A stretch of 36,005 bases of DNA from an uncultured Methanosarcinales archaeon (lineage in GTDB: Archaea; Nanobdellota; Nanobdellia; Woesearchaeales; SKGA01), in NCBI GenBank assembly GCA_964534065.1, contig CAZHNR010000002.1, forward strand, positions 1,412 through 37,416, given 5' to 3'. This document shows, one piece after another, positions 31,874 to 36,005 of the stretch (positions within the stretch are counted from its first letter, which is position 1; every line of letters begins with the position of its first letter). The notes below the pieces were generated by a model. That model was not told where the DNA came from. It saw only the letters and a list, made by a program, of their open reading frames with translations, and searched no databases. The position numbers were made by a program, and so were the translations under genes.

Positions 31874-32689
31874 ATGGCATATATTTTTGATGTAATTGCA
31901 CAGAAGCACGTCTTTCTTGAGCGAGATTTAGCACTCGCAAGAATAGATCAGGAGCCTCGGGAATACGTCAAAAAAACAGTAAAAGTAGCTTTATTTCTTG
32001 CTTTCGCACTTACTATTATGCTCACTCCGTTCATTCTTTTATTTCAAGGAGAACTGTACTGGTTAGCACCGTTTTTTGGAGCGGTCTTTATCCTCTGTTA
32101 TTTTGTGTTTATTGCATCACCAAGACAATCCTATAAGAAAGCAGAAGAACTTATTGACCAAGAACTAATTTCAGCAATTAGATTTCTTATACTTGAAACA
32201 AAAATTGAACCTTCTTTGTATTTTGCACTTGTTAACACTTCTCGAAATTTTCCTGTCGTAGGAATTTACCTTGATGAAGTGCTAAAAAAAGTTGAGTTAG
32301 GAATGACACTTGAACAAGCACTCTTTGAAGAAGCAGAAACAATTCCTTCTGAAAACTTACGAAACATATTTTGGCAAATGACAAATAGTATTCAATCCGG
32401 TGCAAATGTTACGAAGTCACTGAATCGTCAACTTGAAGAAATCATTGAAGGTCAGAAAATCAAGATTAATAATTACGGTAAAGAACTGAGCGCGTTGACC
32501 TTGTTTTACATGTTCATCTCTATTATTATTCCAACTGTAGGGTTTGCGATTGTACTTGCTGTACTCAGTGTAGCAGGAATTCTACTTGAACTACCGCAAT
32601 TACTCGGATTATGGATGTTTATCACGCTCGTACAATATTTTTTCCTACAAATAGTACTGCGAAAACGACCAAGTGTGGAGGCTCACTAA
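31874..32689 (+). CDS. Type IV filament platform protein, single T2SSF domain (TadB/TadC- or EpdJ/K-like half of FlaJ/PilC)
   Basis: 271 aa. TM pair, then a cytoplasmic helical bundle (ISAIRFLILE...GMTLEQALFEEAETIPSENLRNIFWQMTNSIQSGANVTKSL), then TM helices. This is one T2SSF repeat. Confidence 0.65.
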   Translation: MAYIFDVIAQKHVFLERDLALARIDQEPREYVKKTVKVALFLAFALTIMLTPFILLFQGELYWLAPFFGAVFILCYFVFIASPRQSYKKAEELIDQELISAIRFLILETKIEPSLYFALVNTSRNFPVVGIYLDEVLKKVELGMTLEQALFEEAETIPSENLRNIFWQMTNSIQSGANVTKSLNRQLEEIIEGQKIKINNYGKELSALTLFYMFISIIIPTVGFAIVLAVLSVAGILLELPQLLGLWMFITLVQYFFLQIVLRKRPSVEAH

Positions 32690-32690
32690 G

Positions 32691-33812
32691 ATGAAAGAAA
32701 ACGATGAGTTTCGAACACTCAAAGAAGCAAACGCAGTAAGTAATGATAGACTTTTCAAACGAAAAACTGTAGAAGAAGAAAAGCAAGAAGTACGAAAAAA
32801 ACTTTCCATGACACTGCTAAAGCAGAAGAAAGAAAAGATAAGTTTCTTTGACAAGCTACAGACACAACTCCGTCAATCAGGAAGTGACAAGGATATTTTC
32901 ACTCTCCTTAAAGAACTCGTAAAGATTTCAGCTCTGATATTTTTTATCATCGCTTTGTTTGCTATTCCTTTTGCATTCCTCGGTCTGCAACTTACCTTAT
33001 TTCAATTAATACTCTATATTGTACTGGTTTGTGCTTTAGGATTTCCTTCAGTATATGGTCTGGTCTTTGCAACCTACAGGATTTCCTATCAGTTGAAAGC
33101 TTTTCAGCGAAGACTAGCAGTCGAACAAGTTATTCCTGATTATCTGCGGCTTGTTGCAATTAATCATCGTTCAGGTTTAAATCTTGATGCAGCATTACTG
33201 CAAAGTAATCGTACGGCTTTTGGCATTCTTTCCGTAGAGATGGAACGAGTCATTAAGCAAGCACGAGTTACTGGCGACTTGGCCACTGCACTTGAAGATA
33301 TGGGTAAACGGTTTGATTCTAAACTTATTACGCAAACCTTCAAAAGTATTGCAATTAGTGTGAGAAATGGATCAAATATTAGTCAACTCCTTGACGATAT
33401 TGTTGATAACATTCAGAATATGCGTTTACTGCGAAAAGAACTTGTTGCTAATGTACAGAATTATATTATTTTTATCTTAGTTGCAGGACTCATTATTATG
33501 CCGTCTATGCTTGCACTCAGTGCGCAGATGAACACGACTATTAGCGACATTAAGCAAGACTTTGAAGGTATTGATTTGTCTGAAAGTCAACTGTCTATGT
33601 TAAATATTGGAGAGCCTGGCGGTGCAACTCCGCAGAACTATCTTATCTATGTTATTTTTATTTTGACAACAAATTCCTTATTTGTCGCACTGCTCTTAAG
33701 TGCTATAAAATATGGAAACGTAAAACAAAATTTAGGAAGCATTCCTACCTACATTGCTTTGAGCTTTGCAGTGTATTTCATTGCTTCTTATGGATTATCA
33801 TTAATATTTTAG
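32691..33812 (+). CDS. Type IV filament platform protein, second single-T2SSF-domain gene
   Basis: The ORF is trimmed to ATG 32691, 1 nt after the upstream stop (GGAGG 9 nt upstream). VIPDYLRLVAINHRSGLNLDAALLQS...TGDLATALEDMGKRFDSKLITQTFKSIAISVRNGSNISQLL, plus flanking TM helices. Confidence 0.7.
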   Translation: MKENDEFRTLKEANAVSNDRLFKRKTVEEEKQEVRKKLSMTLLKQKKEKISFFDKLQTQLRQSGSDKDIFTLLKELVKISALIFFIIALFAIPFAFLGLQLTLFQLILYIVLVCALGFPSVYGLVFATYRISYQLKAFQRRLAVEQVIPDYLRLVAINHRSGLNLDAALLQSNRTAFGILSVEMERVIKQARVTGDLATALEDMGKRFDSKLITQTFKSIAISVRNGSNISQLLDDIVDNIQNMRLLRKELVANVQNYIIFILVAGLIIMPSMLALSAQMNTTISDIKQDFEGIDLSESQLSMLNIGEPGGATPQNYLIYVIFILTTNSLFVALLLSAIKYGNVKQNLGSIPTYIALSFAVYFIASYGLSLIF

Positions 33813-33822
33813 GTGAACGCAA

Positions 33823-34203
33823 ATGAATGAAGAATTTTCCCCACTCCACACAAAGGCTGATGAAGTACTTGACTTGTTGTTAACAGAAAAGGAACTAACT
33901 GTCGCTGAAATAGCGAAACGTATAGAACAACCAGAAGTCTATGTTCGACATATCGCTAATGTCTTTGAAAAAAATGGTCTTGTCTCTGTAGAAGTTAATA
34001 GTTTGAAGATGACACTCAAGCTTACTGAATACGATGACGAAGAAATTACAACTGATGATTTCCATAGTGAAGCCCGGGAAATGGTGCATTCACTTTTAGC
34101 TGAAGCAGAGAAGAAAAAATCAGCAAGCAAAACTCCTGCAAAAGACGCGACTGCTGTGAAAACGTCCAAATCTGCAAAACCAGCTACTCCATCAAAGAAG
34201 TAG
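33823..34203 (+). CDS. Small winged-helix DNA-binding protein with Lys/Ala/Ser/Thr-rich basic tail
   Basis: 126 aa. wHTH-like LTVAEIAKRIEQPEVYVRHIANVFEKNGLVSVE. Acidic linker. Tail KKKSASKTPAKDATAVKTSKSAKPATPSKK. SD AGGTGA lies 6 nt upstream. Last gene of the filament operon. Confidence 0.5.
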   Translation: MNEEFSPLHTKADEVLDLLLTEKELTVAEIAKRIEQPEVYVRHIANVFEKNGLVSVEVNSLKMTLKLTEYDDEEITTDDFHSEAREMVHSLLAEAEKKKSASKTPAKDATAVKTSKSAKPATPSKK

Positions 34204-34237
34204 AAAGCTTTTAATAATCCTTGCGCTTTAATGTAGT

Positions 34238-34570
34238 ATGGTACAAATTACTATAGACACAGATAAAGAGTCACCGCAGCGCATCCGACATATTATTGCA
34301 TTCTTACAGTCTATTGTTGGTGAATCGCCAACTGATATACCTCAACCTCAGTTTTCTGAGCCAAAGGGCGATATGTTTTCTGTATTTGGAGATCAACCTT
34401 CAACACCAACTTCACCTTCTTTACCGACATCTTCTCTTCCTTCTTCAGACTCATCTCCTTCAGTTTCTGATTTATTAAACGATAGTACTGATTATCTTGC
34501 AGGTGAAGAATCAACTGATGACGATGATGATGGCGATGAGAAAAATTTTTTTAGTTTAATGGAGTATTAA
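34238..34570 (+). CDS. Hypothetical protein with a short folded N-terminus and a Ser/Pro-rich, poly-Asp tail
   Basis: 110 aa. A TATA-like TTTTAATAAT lies about 24 nt upstream (leaderless spacing). The stop overlaps the archease ATG (TAATG). Confidence 0.35.
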   Translation: MVQITIDTDKESPQRIRHIIAFLQSIVGESPTDIPQPQFSEPKGDMFSVFGDQPSTPTSPSLPTSSLPSSDSSPSVSDLLNDSTDYLAGEESTDDDDDGDEKNFFSLMEY

Positions 34571-34995
34571 TGATGGGAACGTTTACCTTTCATGAACATA
34601 CTGCTGATGAAAAATTTAGTGTAGAAGCAGAAACCCTTGAAGATGCATTCGCTACCGCAGTTCTTGCTTGTAAAACTATTATGGTTGGTGAAGTACAACC
34701 TCCTGCGACTTCTCAACACCAAGTTTCTTTGTCTGCAAATAAACTGCAAACACTATTATATGATTTTTTGAATGAGTTGGTTATATTACTGGATGCGCAG
34801 CATACGTTATGTGTTGAAGCAACAGACCTTTCTATTATTTTGGATGCTGAGTTCTACACCTTAGAAGCATCACTCGCTATGGTGAGTGCTGATAGCGTTC
34901 CTTTTCGAACAGTTATTAAGAATATGACCTACAGTGAAATGGAAATTCTTCAAGAAGAAGGAAAGGTGCGTTTAACTGTTGTGGTTGATATTTAA
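34570..34995 (+). CDS. Archease
   Basis: 141 aa. N-terminal FTFHEHTADEKFSVEAETLEDAFATAV matches the archease signature (f...eHTAD......g.(t/s)lE(e/d)(a/l)F..a). The C-terminal KNMTYSEMEI strand corresponds to the conserved (K/A).(T/A)YH.(l/m) region. Confidence 0.85.
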   Translation: MMGTFTFHEHTADEKFSVEAETLEDAFATAVLACKTIMVGEVQPPATSQHQVSLSANKLQTLLYDFLNELVILLDAQHTLCVEATDLSIILDAEFYTLEASLAMVSADSVPFRTVIKNMTYSEMEILQEEGKVRLTVVVDI

Positions 34996-35013
34996 TACTG
35001 AAATATTCTTGCG

Positions 35014-35952
35014 CTACTTTCGTATTGGGTTGAACATCTCATATAATTTGTACATTGTCCAGCAACTAGCTCCTAAAGTAAGTCCTGCAATAGTAAGTGT
35101 GCTGATTTCACTGTAGCCTGTGATTTCGCTCACTCCCCATCCTCCTAGAACTGTTCCCCACATTGTTGCTTGTTTTTTCATTAATTCGTGACTATTGTGT
35201 TGGTGGATGTATCCCGGGTTAGTTCGCATGAGGTGATGATGTTTTGCCGTTAAAAAACTAAAAATAGGAAGATTTGCATGTGGTTTATGAACGTCCTTTT
35301 TTCGAATAGGTTCTAGAGCGCTAATTTCTTTTGAGAATCTATTTTTCATATATTGGTATAATGCTCTTGACTCGTATTCATGGATTTCTTGATTACTTAC
35401 TGATTTATTGATTGCTGTAAAATATTCTTTAAGTGCTTCTGAGTTAACTGATTTCGTTTTAATAGAAGATGTTTTGAGAGGAAGTAGAAAATCTTTACCT
35501 TTTATACTTTCAAAGGTTGTATCTTCGTACTTCATAGTTCCGTATATTTTCTGTTTTTCATGTAATTGTATGGTTGTATTGTATAGATATGTTCCTTCTG
35601 CATGGTATGGCGATACTTCTAAATAAAATGGCATCTCAATTTGGTTTGGATCTAGAAAATTTCTTTCATACAATAGGAACGCTAATGTTCTTTTGTCTTT
35701 GTGATTGGGTATTTTCGTATGAAAATTGTTATAGGTCCACCTTATTTGTGATTTTGGTACTTTTCCTAAAAGTAAAGCATCACTTGATTCATTATCCTGT
35801 AGAAGGTCCGAGAGCGGTAGAAGAGGTTCGTCGATGGTTATATAATCACTTATAGACATAATTGGTGAAAATGCTTTTTCATTTTTAATAATTGCTCCTT
35901 CTGAGGTAATAGATTTAAATACCTGACAATTTCTTGTAGTTTCATGCAACAA
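35014..35952 (-). CDS. Hypothetical protein with C-terminal hydrophobic hairpin
   Basis: 312 aa with no recognisable motif. The C-terminus (MWGTVLGGWGVSEITGYSEISTLTIAGLTLGASCWTMY) looks like two short TM segments. The true start is uncertain. Confidence 0.3.
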   Translation of the reverse strand: MLHETTRNCQVFKSITSEGAIIKNEKAFSPIMSISDYITIDEPLLPLSDLLQDNESSDALLLGKVPKSQIRWTYNNFHTKIPNHKDKRTLAFLLYERNFLDPNQIEMPFYLEVSPYHAEGTYLYNTTIQLHEKQKIYGTMKYEDTTFESIKGKDFLLPLKTSSIKTKSVNSEALKEYFTAINKSVSNQEIHEYESRALYQYMKNRFSKEISALEPIRKKDVHKPHANLPIFSFLTAKHHHLMRTNPGYIHQHNSHELMKKQATMWGTVLGGWGVSEITGYSEISTLTIAGLTLGASCWTMYKLYEMFNPIRK

Positions 35953-36005
35953 TTAAATTCCTATTCTTATGAAATTGCTAAGGAAGGCAATATGGAAGTT
36001 CCTGT

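Noticed and set aside
24120-33812. Archaellum (archaeal flagellum) operon
   Set aside because: No FlaB/ArlB-type flagellin domains and no FlaC/D/E, FlaF, FlaG or FlaH genes. The platform is split in two, and a vWA adhesin is present. This fits adhesive Epd/Tad-like pili better.

Overview
AT-rich, tightly packed archaeal chromosome segment. All function calls come from reading motifs by eye; no searches were run. Archaea-specific markers are present: exosome Rrp4/Rrp41/Rrp42, proteasome alpha, RNase P Pop5, SBDS, prefoldin beta, Pcc1, RpoP, eL43, eL37 and archease. BRE/TATA boxes sit about 25 nt upstream of several ATGs, and GGTG/GAGG Shine-Dalgarno sites occur inside operons. The compactness and gene content resemble a DPANN-type or other small-genome archaeon, but that is inference only.

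Layout:
- 1-0.75 kb: the tail of a RelE/ParE toxin plus an HD-like gene.
- 0.75-15.6 kb, almost all on the minus strand: the classical archaeal exosome/proteasome/translation superoperon, split into two blocks (0.75-3.6 kb and 11.4-15.6 kb). A ~7.8 kb block separates them. It carries tRNA-Pro, PGI/PMI, a zincin-like peptidase, MscS, a glutaminase-less AsnB-like enzyme, a HerA-like ATPase fused to a winged helix, a possible GS-like amidoligase and a histidine phosphatase.
- 15.9-23.8 kb, plus strand: DUF1385, two disordered acidic proteins followed by a degenerate RNA-cyclase-like protein, eL37, a GTPase/DUF2073-like/Zn-ribbon trio, a candidate structured ncRNA, and TatD.
- 23.8-34.2 kb, the most distinctive part: a self-contained Epd/Tad-like type IV filament locus. 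It has a 3 x 51-bp tandem repeat upstream, six genes with class III (prepilin-like) N-termini including a ~1,108-aa vWA protein, a FlaI/TadA-type ATPase, a platform protein split into two genes, and a small wHTH protein.
- 34.2-36.0 kb: an acidic small protein translationally coupled to archease, and one unknown membrane protein.

Two short conserved genes absent from the ORF track were found by hand: rpoP and rpl37e.
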